Assembly (NCBI GenBank): GCA_001767695.1
Contig: MELR01000015.1
Coordinates: forward strand, 39,887-103,886
Length of the DNA: 64,000 nt
Source of the DNA: Actinobacteria bacterium RBG_16_68_21
Lineage (GTDB): Bacteria > Actinomycetota > Acidimicrobiia > Spongiisociales > UBA11373
Reading direction: 5' to 3'
Part shown: positions 28,209-37,735 of the stretch, one piece after another
How positions within the stretch are numbered: position 1 is the stretch's first letter
How the letters are laid out: each line of letters begins with the position of its first letter
Position numbers and translations under genes: made by a program
The notes under the pieces: model-generated
What the model saw: only the letters and a program-made list of their open reading frames with translations
Database searches by the model: none
Told to the model about the DNA's origin: nothing

Positions 28209-29522
28209 ATGGGAGCGACGCGGGCCCTGTTCGCCCGGCGCGTCGCCGCCATCGGTACCGAGGAGGCGTTCGCCCTGGGGGCGCTCATCGCCGAGGTGGA
28301 AGCCGAGTCGGGTCCGGTGATCCGCTGCAATCTCGGCCAACCGGACTTTCCCCTTCCCACCCACATCGCCGATGCGGTGGTGGCGGCGATCCGTGCCGGC
28401 AAGACCACCTACTGCGATCCCCAGGGCCTCCCCGAGGTGCGCGCCGCGATCGCCGCCAAGGTGGGCACCGATCGCGGCCTCGACCTCGATCGCGAACGGG
28501 TCGTGGTCTTCGCCGGCGGGCGGCCGCCGATCGGTCTTGCCCAGCATGCGTATGTCGAGGAGGGTGACGAGGTGATCTACCCGTCCCCCGGCTACCCACT
28601 GTTCGAGTCGTTCATCCGCTACATCGGCGGGGTTCCGGTGCCGCTGCGGCTCCGTGAGGAATCCGGGTTCAACTTCACGGGCCCCGATCTCGGCGAGTTG
28701 ATCTCGGCGCGCACCAAGCTGATCTTCGTCAACTTCCCCTCCAACCCCACCGGGGGAGTCGCCAGCCGCGAGCAGCTCACCGAGATCGCCGAAGTGATCC
28801 TGGAGCGGACCGGTCCCGAAGTGCGGGTCTACTCGGACGAAGCCTACGAGGCGATCGTGTTCGACGGGGCGGTGCACGCCTCGATCGCATCGATCCCCGG
28901 CATGGCGGAGAGGACGATCATCGCTTCAGGGGCATCCAAGACCTACTCGTGGACCGGGGGACGGATCGGCTGGGGGGTATACCCGTCGGTCGACGAGGCC
29001 CTGGTGCAGCGGCGCCTCAACATCAACTACTTCGCCTCGATCCCGCCGTACAACCAGCTCGGCGTGCTGACCGCGCTGCAGTCACCGGAGTCCCCTGCTG
29101 CGATCGCCAAGATGGTGGAGGCATTCCAGCGGCGGCGCGACCTGGTGGTAGATGCCATCAACGCCATCGACGGGGTCACCTGCACGCGACCACTCGGGGC
29201 GTTCTATGTCTTTCCCAACGTGTCGGGCGCCCTCGAGCGCGTTGGGGCGTTCGAGGCGTTCGCCGCACTGCCCGAAGAGGTCAGGCGCAAGTCGTCACCG
29301 GCCACGCTCTTTCAGCTGTTCTTCCTGTACCGCTACCGGGTGGCGACCATGGACCGCCGATCGTTCGGCGTTCTCGGTTCGGAGGGGGAGAACTACCTGC
29401 GGGTGTCGATCGCCACCGGCGACGACGATCTGGCGGAGGCGATGGATCGGCTGGCCGCGGCCGCCGCCGACGTGTCCGGCTTCGAGGAGTTCGTGGCGTC
29501 CGGGCGGAGACTCACACTGTGA
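28209..29522 (+). CDS. Pyridoxal-phosphate-dependent aminotransferase, class I/II.
   Basis: SGASKTYSWTGGRIGW is the PLP-lysine region. NFPSNPTGG. 437 aa. Confidence 0.8.
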   Translation: MGATRALFARRVAAIGTEEAFALGALIAEVEAESGPVIRCNLGQPDFPLPTHIADAVVAAIRAGKTTYCDPQGLPEVRAAIAAKVGTDRGLDLDRERVVVFAGGRPPIGLAQHAYVEEGDEVIYPSPGYPLFESFIRYIGGVPVPLRLREESGFNFTGPDLGELISARTKLIFVNFPSNPTGGVASREQLTEIAEVILERTGPEVRVYSDEAYEAIVFDGAVHASIASIPGMAERTIIASGASKTYSWTGGRIGWGVYPSVDEALVQRRLNINYFASIPPYNQLGVLTALQSPESPAAIAKMVEAFQRRRDLVVDAINAIDGVTCTRPLGAFYVFPNVSGALERVGAFEAFAALPEEVRRKSSPATLFQLFFLYRYRVATMDRRSFGVLGSEGENYLRVSIATGDDDLAEAMDRLAAAAADVSGFEEFVASGRRLTL

Positions 29523-31873
29523 AGGACAACGCGGCGGCCGACATGGGAGCTGCCACGACCAGAGGGTTCGGTCCCCGCCGTGCGGTGTGGATCGATGTCG
29601 CCGCCGCCGAGGACGACTTCGAGCCCTCCACGATCGAGACGATCGAGCGTTTCGATCTGGTGTACCGCTCGCTGGTTTCGATCATGTTCAACTTCACCCA
29701 GTCGGGGCATCCCGGCGGCTCGGTGTCCTCCGGGCGGATCGTCTCATCGGTCCTCCTCGAGGGGCTCGACTACGACATCGGTGATCCCAATCGGCCGGAC
29801 GCCGACATCGTCTCCTATGCCGCGGGGCACAAGGCGTTGGGCCTTTATGCGATGCTCGGGCTCAGGGACGAGATCTGCAGGATCGCCGCCCCCGAGTTGC
29901 TGCCCGGCGCCGATAACCTCAGGCTGCGTTTCGAGGACATGCTGGGCTTCCGGCGCAATCCCACCCAGCCGACCCCGCTGTTCGGCAAGTTCGGGTCGAA
30001 AGCGCTGGACGGGCACCCGACACCGGCGACCCCGTTCGTCAAGCTGGCCACCGGGCCGTCCGGCGTGGGGGTGGCTTCGTCGATGGGCCTGGCGGTCGCA
30101 GCCGCCGACTACTACGGCACCGACGCCCCGCGCATCCACATCGTCGAGGGCGAGGGTGGCCTGACCCCGGGTCGGGTGGTCGAGGCGCTGGCGTTTGCCG
30201 GCACCGCGGGCCTGTCCAACGTAGTGATGCATCTCGACTGGAACCAGGCGTCCATCGACTCCGATACGGTCACCCGCGAGGGCGACCATCCCGGGGACTA
30301 CGTGCAGTGGGACCCGATGGAGCTCTTCTACCTCCACGACTGGAACGTCGTGGCGGTGCCCGACGGCTTCGACGTGGGCTTGGTGCTCACCGCGCAGCGC
30401 CGGGCTCAGCAGATCGACAACGGGCAACCGACCGCGATCGTCTATCGGACCACCAAGGGTTGGCGGTACGGGATCGAGGGGAAGAAGTCGCACGGCGGTG
30501 GTCACAAGATGGGCTCGGCGGCCTACCTCGACTCGCTCGCCCCCTTGTTCGGGGACGACGTCACCGGTTTGCCGTCGGCCGATGGCACAGACCCGATCGC
30601 CACCGAGGCCGCCTACTGGGCAACGCTGGAACGGGTGCGAGCGGTGCTCGCCTCCGATCCGATGACCCCGGCCGTTGCCGGGCGGGTGCGCGCCGCCTCC
30701 GATCGTCTCGCCTCCTGGAGGAGAATCCCCCGGGTGGGAGCCCCCGACGTCGAGGCGATCTACCGGGGGCTCGATCCGACCACCACGCCGGAGGGGCTGC
30801 AGCTCGAACCGGGAGGCGCCACCGCGCTTCGCCAGCAGCTGGGCAGAGTGCTCGGCCACCTGAATGCCGCCTCGGGAGGGGCCCTGCTCATCGCCGCGGC
30901 CGACCTGCTCGGATCGACCGCGATCTCCGACGCCGCGGCCGGGTTCCCTGCCGGGTTCTACCACCGCCGCGACAACCCGCTGTCGCGAACCCTGGCGGTG
31001 GGCGGAATCTGTGAGGACGGCCTCACCGGGGTGATGACCGGAGTATCGGGCTACGGCCGCCATGTCGGTGCCGGAGCTTCATATGGGGCGTTCATCGCAC
31101 CGCTCGGGCACATCGCCGCCCGGGTCCACGCGATCAGCGACCAGATGCGCCGCCAGACCGACCCCAGCCCGCCCCGGCCGGTGGTGATCGTGTGCGGGCA
31201 CGCCGGCCTGAAGACCGGCGAGGACGGCCCGACCCACGCCGATCCCCAGGCGCTGCAGCTCATGCAGGAGAACTTCGTCCCCGGTTCGGCGGTGACCCTC
31301 ACCCCGTGGGAACCCCAGGAGCTGTGGCCGATGGTCGCCGCGGCGTTCGCCGCCCGCCCGTCGGTGATCGTTCCGTTCGTGACCCGCCCCTCCGAAGCGA
31401 TCCTCGATCGGGCCGCACTCGGCCTGGCGCCGGCGGCCGAATCCACCCGGGGGGTGTACCGACTGAAGGCTGCCTCCGGCGACTCGGCGGGCGCGGTGGT
31501 GCTGCAGGGCTCCGAGGTGACCTACGCGTTCGTCCAGGAGACCATGCCTCTCCTCGAGGCGGCCGGGATCGATCTCGATGTCTACGTGGTGACCAGTCCG
31601 GAGTTGTTCGACCTGCTGGATCCCGCCGAGCGAGAGGCGACCTTCCCCGACTCCGTGGCTCGGAACGCGATGGGGATCACCGGCTTCACACTGCCGACCA
31701 TGTATCGGTGGGTTACCGGCGAGGTGGGTCGAGCCCACACGCTCCACCCCTTCCGGGGCGGCCATTACCTGGGGAGCGGGGTCGGGGCGATGGTGATCCA
31801 CGAGGCGGGCCTGGATGGCCCAGGGCAGTTCGCCGGCATCACGCGGTTCATTGCCGCGATGGACGCCCGGTAG
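29519..31873 (+). CDS. Divergent transketolase-family thiamine-diphosphate enzyme.
   Basis: GTG at 29519 overlaps the aminotransferase stop (GTGA). TQSGHPGGSVSSG...SYAAGHKALGLYAMLG is the TPP-binding N-domain. GEDGPTHADPQALQLMQ is the transketolase GEDGPTH motif. The track ORF start at 28949 is upstream junk in the same frame. Confidence 0.7.
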   Translation: MKDNAAADMGAATTRGFGPRRAVWIDVAAAEDDFEPSTIETIERFDLVYRSLVSIMFNFTQSGHPGGSVSSGRIVSSVLLEGLDYDIGDPNRPDADIVSYAAGHKALGLYAMLGLRDEICRIAAPELLPGADNLRLRFEDMLGFRRNPTQPTPLFGKFGSKALDGHPTPATPFVKLATGPSGVGVASSMGLAVAAADYYGTDAPRIHIVEGEGGLTPGRVVEALAFAGTAGLSNVVMHLDWNQASIDSDTVTREGDHPGDYVQWDPMELFYLHDWNVVAVPDGFDVGLVLTAQRRAQQIDNGQPTAIVYRTTKGWRYGIEGKKSHGGGHKMGSAAYLDSLAPLFGDDVTGLPSADGTDPIATEAAYWATLERVRAVLASDPMTPAVAGRVRAASDRLASWRRIPRVGAPDVEAIYRGLDPTTTPEGLQLEPGGATALRQQLGRVLGHLNAASGGALLIAAADLLGSTAISDAAAGFPAGFYHRRDNPLSRTLAVGGICEDGLTGVMTGVSGYGRHVGAGASYGAFIAPLGHIAARVHAISDQMRRQTDPSPPRPVVIVCGHAGLKTGEDGPTHADPQALQLMQENFVPGSAVTLTPWEPQELWPMVAAAFAARPSVIVPFVTRPSEAILDRAALGLAPAAESTRGVYRLKAASGDSAGAVVLQGSEVTYAFVQETMPLLEAAGIDLDVYVVTSPELFDLLDPAEREATFPDSVARNAMGITGFTLPTMYRWVTGEVGRAHTLHPFRGGHYLGSGVGAMVIHEAGLDGPGQFAGITRFIAAMDAR

Positions 31874-31972
31874 GGACGCGGGCAGAGACACCCTGGAAGG
31901 GGGCCATCCGGGGGCACCCCCGATGTCAAACGGCCCTGTCCTGCGTCGTCCTCGGAGAGTGAAGTCTGGTTC

Positions 31973-32422
31973 ATGTTCGTGCAGTACTACGGGTTGGTGC
32001 CGGTTCCGCTGGATCGCGCGGAGACGCGGCTGCTCGGGCTGCTCGACGGCCTCAGCGAGTCTGCCGACATCGCCTACCGCCACGGCGAAGAGATGCTCGC
32101 CCGGATCCGCGGGGGGGAGAGCAAGGTGGCCAAGACGGTCAAGCTCGAGGTAGGGGCCCCATCGCGGCGCGAGACCCAGGTCACCCTTCCCCTCTCGTGG
32201 TGGGCTACGGGGACTCCCTTCCTCTTCCCGACCATGGACGCCGAATTGGTGCTGGCCGCCATGGGACCGCAGCTCACCCAGGTGACGCTCCAGGGAACCT
32301 ACAAGCCGCCGATCGGCCCGGTGGGCCGCGCCCTCGACAAGGCCCTGCTGCACCGTTTTGCCGAGGCGAGTGTCAAGGACTTCGTCGATCGGGTGGTCGA
32401 GGGCCTCGGCGCCGACGGCTGA
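31973..32422 (+). CDS. Hypothetical protein.
   Basis: 149 aa. ATG start. Coding-like composition. No family recognised. Confidence 0.45.
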   Translation: MFVQYYGLVPVPLDRAETRLLGLLDGLSESADIAYRHGEEMLARIRGGESKVAKTVKLEVGAPSRRETQVTLPLSWWATGTPFLFPTMDAELVLAAMGPQLTQVTLQGTYKPPIGPVGRALDKALLHRFAEASVKDFVDRVVEGLGADG

Positions 32423-32455
32423 CAGCAACCGGACCAGCGGTACCATCCGGGTTCG

Positions 32456-34279
32456 GTGACCTCTCCCTCCTTCCGCAACGTCGCGCTCGTCGCGCACGTC
32501 GACCACGGCAAGACCACGCTCGTCGACGCGATGCTGCGCGCCACCGGGGTATTCGCCGCCCATCAGGCCCTGGTCGAAAGGGTGATGGACTCCAACGATC
32601 AGGAACGGGAACGGGGCATCACGATTCTCGCCAAGGCAGCTTCGGTGGAGTGGAAGGGCGTGCGGATCAATCTGGTGGACACGCCCGGTCATGCCGACTT
32701 CGGCGGCGAGGTGGAGCGAGCACTGGCCCTGGTCGACGGGATACTGCTGCTGGTCGATGCCGCCGAAGGTCCGATGCCCCAGACCCGCTACGTGCTCTCC
32801 AAAGCCCTGGCACGCGATCTCCCCGCGGTGGTGGTGGTCAACAAGGTGGATCGCGCCGATGCCCGCCCCGACGAGGTGGTCGACGAGGTCTACCAACTGT
32901 TCTTCGATCTCGATGCCGGCGAGCGGCACATCGAGTTCCCCATCGTCTCCACCATCGCTCGGCAGGGGAGGGCCATCGCCGGTATGGGCATGCCCTCCGA
33001 GGAGGCCGATCTCTCGGCGCTGCTCGACGCGATCGTGAACACGATCCCCGCTCCCGATGGAGATCCAACTGCTCCGCTGCAGGCACTGGTCACCAACCTC
33101 GACGCCTCCGACTATCTGGGTCGGCTGGCCATAGGCCGGGTGGCTCAGGGCACGCTGCGCGCCGACAGCCGGGTAGCCCTCTGTCATGCCAACGAGGAGG
33201 AGCCGCCGATCAAGAGACGCCTCACCCAATTGCTGGGGTTCGCCGGCCTTGACCGGGTCGAGGTGAGTGAGCGAGTGGCCGGGGACCTGTTCGTCGTTGC
33301 CGGCTTCCCGGAGGTGGAGATCGGCGACACCCTCGCCGATCCCGATGATCCCCAGCCGCTGCCCCGGCTGGAGGTGGACGAGCCGGTGTTGCGGATGACC
33401 TTCGGGGTGAGCACGTCTCCGCTCTCCGGCCGGGAAGGAAGCCTGCTGACCTCGCGGCAGATCCGCGACCGTCTGGACCGGGAGGTGCGGGGGAACGTCT
33501 CCATCAGGATCGGTCCGACCACTTCGCCGGACGTGATCGAGGTGGCCGGACGCGGTGAGCTGCAGTTGGCGGTGCTGATCGAATCGATGCGCCGCGAGGG
33601 ATTCGAGCTCCAGGTGAGTCGGCCCGAGGTGATCATCCGGCAGATCGAGGGGAAACCCCATGAGCCGATGGAACGAGCGGTGATCGACATCCCTGCCGAG
33701 TACGTCGGCACCGTCACCCAGGCGATCGCCCCGCGGCGGGGGAAGGTGACCGATCTGCGTCCCGGGGACTCGGGGAGAACCGTGGTCACCGTGGTGGCGC
33801 CGGCCCGCGGCCTGATCGGTCTCCGCTCGGCGTTGATCACCGCCACCAGGGGCACGGCGCTGATCCATCAGCATCACGACGGTTGGGAGCCCTGGGCGGG
33901 CGACATTCCCGGGCGGATCGGGGGAGCGATGATCGCCGATCGTCAGGGTGTCTCGTCGTCGTTCGCCCTCGACAACCTCCAGCTGCGCGGCACCCTGTTC
34001 ATCGGCCCCGGCGAGGACGTCTACGAGGGGATGATCATCGGGGAGTCGTCACGACCCGATGAGATGGTGGTGAATCCCACCAAGACCAAGGAGTTGACCA
34101 ACATCCGTACCCACGACCACGACGAGCAGGTGCGCCTCACTCCTCCCCGGCGCGCCACGCTGGAGACGGCCATCGAGTGGATCGCCGAGGACGAGCTGGT
34201 CGAGGTGACCCCACAGTCCGTGCGGATTCGCAAGCGGCATCTCTCCGAACAGCAGCGCAGATTGGCGCGCAAACGCTGA
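32456..34279 (+). CDS. typA: Translational GTPase TypA/BipA.
   Basis: FRNVALVAHVDHGKTTLVDAML, DTPGHADFGGEVER, NKVDR. 607 aa. Confidence 0.9.
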   Translation: MTSPSFRNVALVAHVDHGKTTLVDAMLRATGVFAAHQALVERVMDSNDQERERGITILAKAASVEWKGVRINLVDTPGHADFGGEVERALALVDGILLLVDAAEGPMPQTRYVLSKALARDLPAVVVVNKVDRADARPDEVVDEVYQLFFDLDAGERHIEFPIVSTIARQGRAIAGMGMPSEEADLSALLDAIVNTIPAPDGDPTAPLQALVTNLDASDYLGRLAIGRVAQGTLRADSRVALCHANEEEPPIKRRLTQLLGFAGLDRVEVSERVAGDLFVVAGFPEVEIGDTLADPDDPQPLPRLEVDEPVLRMTFGVSTSPLSGREGSLLTSRQIRDRLDREVRGNVSIRIGPTTSPDVIEVAGRGELQLAVLIESMRREGFELQVSRPEVIIRQIEGKPHEPMERAVIDIPAEYVGTVTQAIAPRRGKVTDLRPGDSGRTVVTVVAPARGLIGLRSALITATRGTALIHQHHDGWEPWAGDIPGRIGGAMIADRQGVSSSFALDNLQLRGTLFIGPGEDVYEGMIIGESSRPDEMVVNPTKTKELTNIRTHDHDEQVRLTPPRRATLETAIEWIAEDELVEVTPQSVRIRKRHLSEQQRRLARKR

Positions 34280-34288
34280 CGGGGGCAC

Positions 34289-34798
34289 TCAGGCCGGGGT
34301 CGACACTCCCACCCCACCGCGCGTCTGTCCTCCGAAGCGGGCCTTCTCCGCGGCCAGGTCCAAGCGGCGCAGCTGCATCTTCGCCGCCCGGGTGGCGTCG
34401 TCGATGAGGTCGGCGGGCACCAGCCAGCACACCTCGAACTCGATGCCGTCGGGATCCCGCCCGTAAACCGCCTTGGTGGTTCCGTGGTCGGTGGCGCCCA
34501 CCATCGCTCCCGCTTCGGTCAAACGGGTGGTGATCTCCTCCAGGGCGTCCAGGGTGTCGACCTCCCAGGCGAGGTGGTACAGGCCGACCGTGCTCCGGCC
34601 GGCATCGGATGGGGACGCCTGGCGTCCGATGGCGAACAGCCCCAGGTCGTGATCGTTGGACGACCCGGCGGCCTGCAGGAACGCTGCTCCCGGCGGACCG
34701 CCGAGGTTGCGGAAGCCGAGGGCCTCCTCGTAGAAGGAGACGCTGCGCTCCAAATCCGTTACGTATAGGACGGCGTGGTTGAGACGGGCGATCGGCAT
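34289..34798 (-). CDS. VOC (glyoxalase / bleomycin-resistance / dioxygenase) family protein.
   Basis: MPIARLNHAVLYVTDLERSVSFYEEALGF. I use the internal Met of the track ORF. Confidence 0.7.
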   Translation of the reverse strand: MPIARLNHAVLYVTDLERSVSFYEEALGFRNLGGPPGAAFLQAAGSSNDHDLGLFAIGRQASPSDAGRSTVGLYHLAWEVDTLDALEEITTRLTEAGAMVGATDHGTTKAVYGRDPDGIEFEVCWLVPADLIDDATRAAKMQLRRLDLAAEKARFGGQTRGGVGVSTPA

Positions 34799-34892
34799 GC
34801 ATCTCTGAACGCCTGCCCTGGAGCGGTATTCCTCCTCCGCAGGCCCGGCGACCCCGCTAGCGTCCGAGGGGAGGAAGTCGAGAGGAGGGCTC

Positions 34893-35207
34893 ATGCACGA
34901 CCACCTCCGCCCGGTCGAACGGCGGATCCTCGCCCTGCGCGCCTCCGGCGAGTCCACCGATCAGATCGCCGCCCGGCTCCGGCGCAGCCCGGCGCATGTG
35001 GAGCGAATCATCACCTGGACCGACATCCCCCGATCGGGTCCGGCCCCGATGCTGGCACCGATGGCGCGGGGCCGGGTCGTGCTGGCACTCCGGGGTGACG
35101 GCATGTCCCGTGAAGCCATCGCCGAGAAGTTCGGACGTTCCGCCGAGTCCATCCGCCGCCTCGAGGGTCTGGCGCACTACCGGCGGGCACTGGATCTTCT
35201 CGGCTGA
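34893..35207 (+). CDS. Small protein with two tandem LuxR/GerE-like HTH units.
   Basis: ERRILALRASGESTDQIAARLRRSPAHVERI and RGRVVLALRGDGMSREAIAEKFGRSAESIRRLEG. It lies at the start of a lower-GC3 stretch. Confidence 0.45.
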   Translation: MHDHLRPVERRILALRASGESTDQIAARLRRSPAHVERIITWTDIPRSGPAPMLAPMARGRVVLALRGDGMSREAIAEKFGRSAESIRRLEGLAHYRRALDLLG

Positions 35208-35419
35208 AGCCGCGGGATACTATCCGGCGGTGTCTTCGGCGTTGATGAGCTACTACCACACCTAGCGGGGGAGATGGGTCGAGGCCCTGCTGTTCGTGGT
35301 GGTGCTCTCCCTGGCGGTGGCGACGGCATTCGTCGACGTGGCGTGGTGGGTGCGGATCGTGCTCGACGGATCCGGCGATCGTCTACTACCTGCTGGTCGA
35401 CACGTTCACCCGGCTCAGG

Positions 35420-35863
35420 GTGCGAGTCGGAGGAGAAGTCCTACGAGTGAGCTTCGGCCAGCGTTGGCCGCGCAAGGTGATCCCCCTCGCAGCAATCACT
35501 GCGGTCGGTGCCCGCCGGGGGAAGTGTGGTGGTACGGCTGGGGCATCCGACGAATTCCCGACGGATGGTTGTGGAACGTGGCGGGCTTCGACTACGTCCG
35601 ACGCCGGCGATCCGGAAGCGCTCGGCGAGTTCATTGCACGGGCCATCCTTGACAATCTCCACAAGTTCATCGTTCCGGCTGTTGCCGGGCCCGCGCGCTT
35701 GGTACCCCTCGCTGCCCTGGAGACCCACGGCCTCTCGCGCAACGCTCTTCGCGTTGCGGCAATTCGTGGACGCCTCCAAGCGACCAAGGGTCCAGACGGT
35801 CAGTGGCGAAGCTCACGCAACTGGGTTGATCAGTACATCGAATCCCGATATCGACGCATCTAG
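35420..35863 (+). CDS. Excisionase-family / MerR-like HTH DNA-binding protein. Start uncertain.
   Basis: C-terminus LVPLAALETHGLSRNALRVAAIRGRLQATKGPDGQWRSSRNWVDQYIESR looks like the excisionase-family HTH. GC3 is about 60% against about 85% in core genes. Confidence 0.4.
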   Translation: MRVGGEVLRVSFGQRWPRKVIPLAAITAVGARRGKCGGTAGASDEFPTDGCGTWRASTTSDAGDPEALGEFIARAILDNLHKFIVPAVAGPARLVPLAALETHGLSRNALRVAAIRGRLQATKGPDGQWRSSRNWVDQYIESRYRRI

Positions 35864-35973
35864 TGCCGCTGGAAATCGGGTGACATTCCCGCACGCCGGC
35901 CGAGGGGACGGCTTGTGCCCAGTAGCCGGCACCCTAGGCTCGTCTTCTCGTTCGAGTCTGTGAGGAGGAAGCG

Positions 35974-36708
35974 ATGGCAACCACTGACGATCTGAGTTCG
36001 CAGCGGTTCTACCACGGTACGAAGGCCGACCTGAAGCCAGGGGACCTGATCGTGTCCGGCCAATCGCCCAACTCCGGTGAACAGGATCGGGCAACCGGCT
36101 ACGTCTACCTGACCGGCACCCTGGATGCGGCCGCCTGGGAAGCGGAGCTGGCACCCGGCGACGGTCCAGGCAGGATCTACATGGTCGAACCGACCGGCCC
36201 GATCATGGATGACCCGGACCTCACGGGTAAGAAGTATCCGGGTCCGGCGAAGTCATACCGCTCCCGAGAGCCGCTGCGGGTCACGGGTGAGGTCACGGAT
36301 TCGCAGGGGCGCCCGCTGCGGTTCTACCACGGCACGAAGGCTGACTTGAAGCCAGGGAACCTGATCGGGCCCGGCCACTCTCCCAACTTCGGTGAACAGG
36401 ATCGGGTAACGGACTACGTCTACCTGACCGGCACCCTGGATGCGGCAATCTGGGGGGCGGAGCTGGCACTTGGCGGTGGAGCGGGCAGGATCTACGAAGT
36501 GGAACCGACCGGCCCGATCATGGACGACCCCAATCTGACGAACATGAGGTATCGAGGCAATCCGACGAAGTCCTATCGCTCTCGAGAGCCGCTGCGGGTC
36601 ACGGGTGAGGTCACGGATTGGCAGGGGCACCCCCCGGAGACACTCCAGGCCATGAAGGACGGCCTGGAGCAACTCAAGAAGCTTGGTGTTGAGCCGATCG
36701 AGGACTGA
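35974..36708 (+). CDS. arr: Arr-family (NAD+:rifampin ADP-ribosyltransferase-like) protein. It contains two tandem Arr repeat units of about 105 aa each.
   Basis: RFYHGTKADLKPGDLI...YVYLTGTLDAAAWEAELA...RIYMVEPTGPIMDDPDLT...KSYRSREPLRVTGEVTD is repeated almost exactly from aa 117. The second copy ends ...DWQGHPPETLQAMKDGLEQLKKLGVEPIED, as in single-domain Arr proteins. The nucleotide repeats are 36007..36321 and 36322..36636. Confidence 0.75.
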   Translation: MATTDDLSSQRFYHGTKADLKPGDLIVSGQSPNSGEQDRATGYVYLTGTLDAAAWEAELAPGDGPGRIYMVEPTGPIMDDPDLTGKKYPGPAKSYRSREPLRVTGEVTDSQGRPLRFYHGTKADLKPGNLIGPGHSPNFGEQDRVTDYVYLTGTLDAAIWGAELALGGGAGRIYEVEPTGPIMDDPNLTNMRYRGNPTKSYRSREPLRVTGEVTDWQGHPPETLQAMKDGLEQLKKLGVEPIED

Positions 36709-36901
36709 GTCAAGCCGTCCTCTGATGACTGTGAGGATCACGTCCGCCGGCCGAGGGGACTGTTGCCTGTCGCACACCCTGCCCGAGGGTGCCGTCATCT
36801 GAAGGGGGTGTGCACCCAAGAACCGCCGCCCACGGCGTGGTCCCGGCACCGGTGGCGGTGCCGGGACGCGCTCGTCGAAGCCTACGAACGGGCTCCATCG
36901 G

Positions 36902-37735
36902 CTAACGGAACAGGTGCCTGCCGAGGAATGCGGTGATGTCACCGGCGTGGGGCAGAAAGCGGTCGAGGTCGCTGTGGCCGCCGCCGTCGACGATCAGCAC
37001 CTCGGCGTCGGGACGTGCCGCCGCCAACTGGTGGAGGTTCTCCAACGGCACCACCTGGTCGGCGGCGCCGTGCACCAGCAAGGTCGGGACCCGCACCAGA
37101 GGGATCCGGTTGCGGGGGGCGAAGTCCTCGAAAGGCTGGCCGATTGCCCTCTGCATGATGGCGAGGGCTGCGGCGCGCACCGGTCGCGGCGCCGACGCCA
37201 TCTGCTGGCGCATCAGCGCACCGGGATCTGCCGGCGACGCCACCGACACCAGGACCTGAAGTGCACCGCCCCGCGAGGCGCTGAGGATCGCTGCCCCGCC
37301 CCCGACCGAGTGGCCGACGACACCGATCGTGGTGACCTCCTCACGCCCCGAGAGCCAGCCGAGCGCCGCGTCGAGGTCGTCGGCGAAACGGGGCATCGAC
37401 ACGAACCGGCGACGATCCGAGAGGCCGTGGTTGCGGACGTCGAGGAACAGCGAGTGAAACCCGGCCCGGTGCAGATGGGGAGCCAGCGGGAGCATCAGGG
37501 ATGCGTTGCCGCCCCAGCCGTGAAGGACGACAACGGCGGGAGCGGAACCTGCGACCGGGATGAACCAGGCGTGGAGGCGGGGACCGCCCGGAGCCTGCAA
37601 CCACACCTCCTCCTCGGGAAGGCCGAGTGCGCTGGGGGCGGACACACCGCGAGCGACGCCAAGGCGGACGTGGTCGATGCGGTGGGGGGAGACCAACCAC
37701 AGCCACTTGCGCAGGCCGCGGAGTCGGGTGGTCAC
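36902..37735 (-). CDS. Alpha/beta-hydrolase fold protein.
   Basis: VVLHGWGGN and GHSVGG (nucleophile elbow). The GTG start overlaps the TetR stop (GTGA at 37732-37735). The longer track ORF would run through the TetR gene. Confidence 0.7.
   Translation of the reverse strand: MTTRLRGLRKWLWLVSPHRIDHVRLGVARGVSAPSALGLPEEEVWLQAPGGPRLHAWFIPVAGSAPAVVVLHGWGGNASLMLPLAPHLHRAGFHSLFLDVRNHGLSDRRRFVSMPRFADDLDAALGWLSGREEVTTIGVVGHSVGGGAAILSASRGGALQVLVSVASPADPGALMRQQMASAPRPVRAAALAIMQRAIGQPFEDFAPRNRIPLVRVPTLLVHGAADQVVPLENLHQLAAARPDAEVLIVDGGGHSDLDRFLPHAGDITAFLGRHLFR

Noticed and set aside
31079-33877. 932-aa minus-strand ORF antisense to the transketolase-like and typA genes.
   Set aside because: The TypA GTPase motifs are unmistakable on the plus strand. 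The antisense translation is R/G/P/H-rich junk.
35296-35652. 118-aa plus-strand ORF at the start of the low-GC islet.
   Set aside because: It overlaps the better-supported excisionase-like frame, and its translation is Trp/Arg-rich with no motif.
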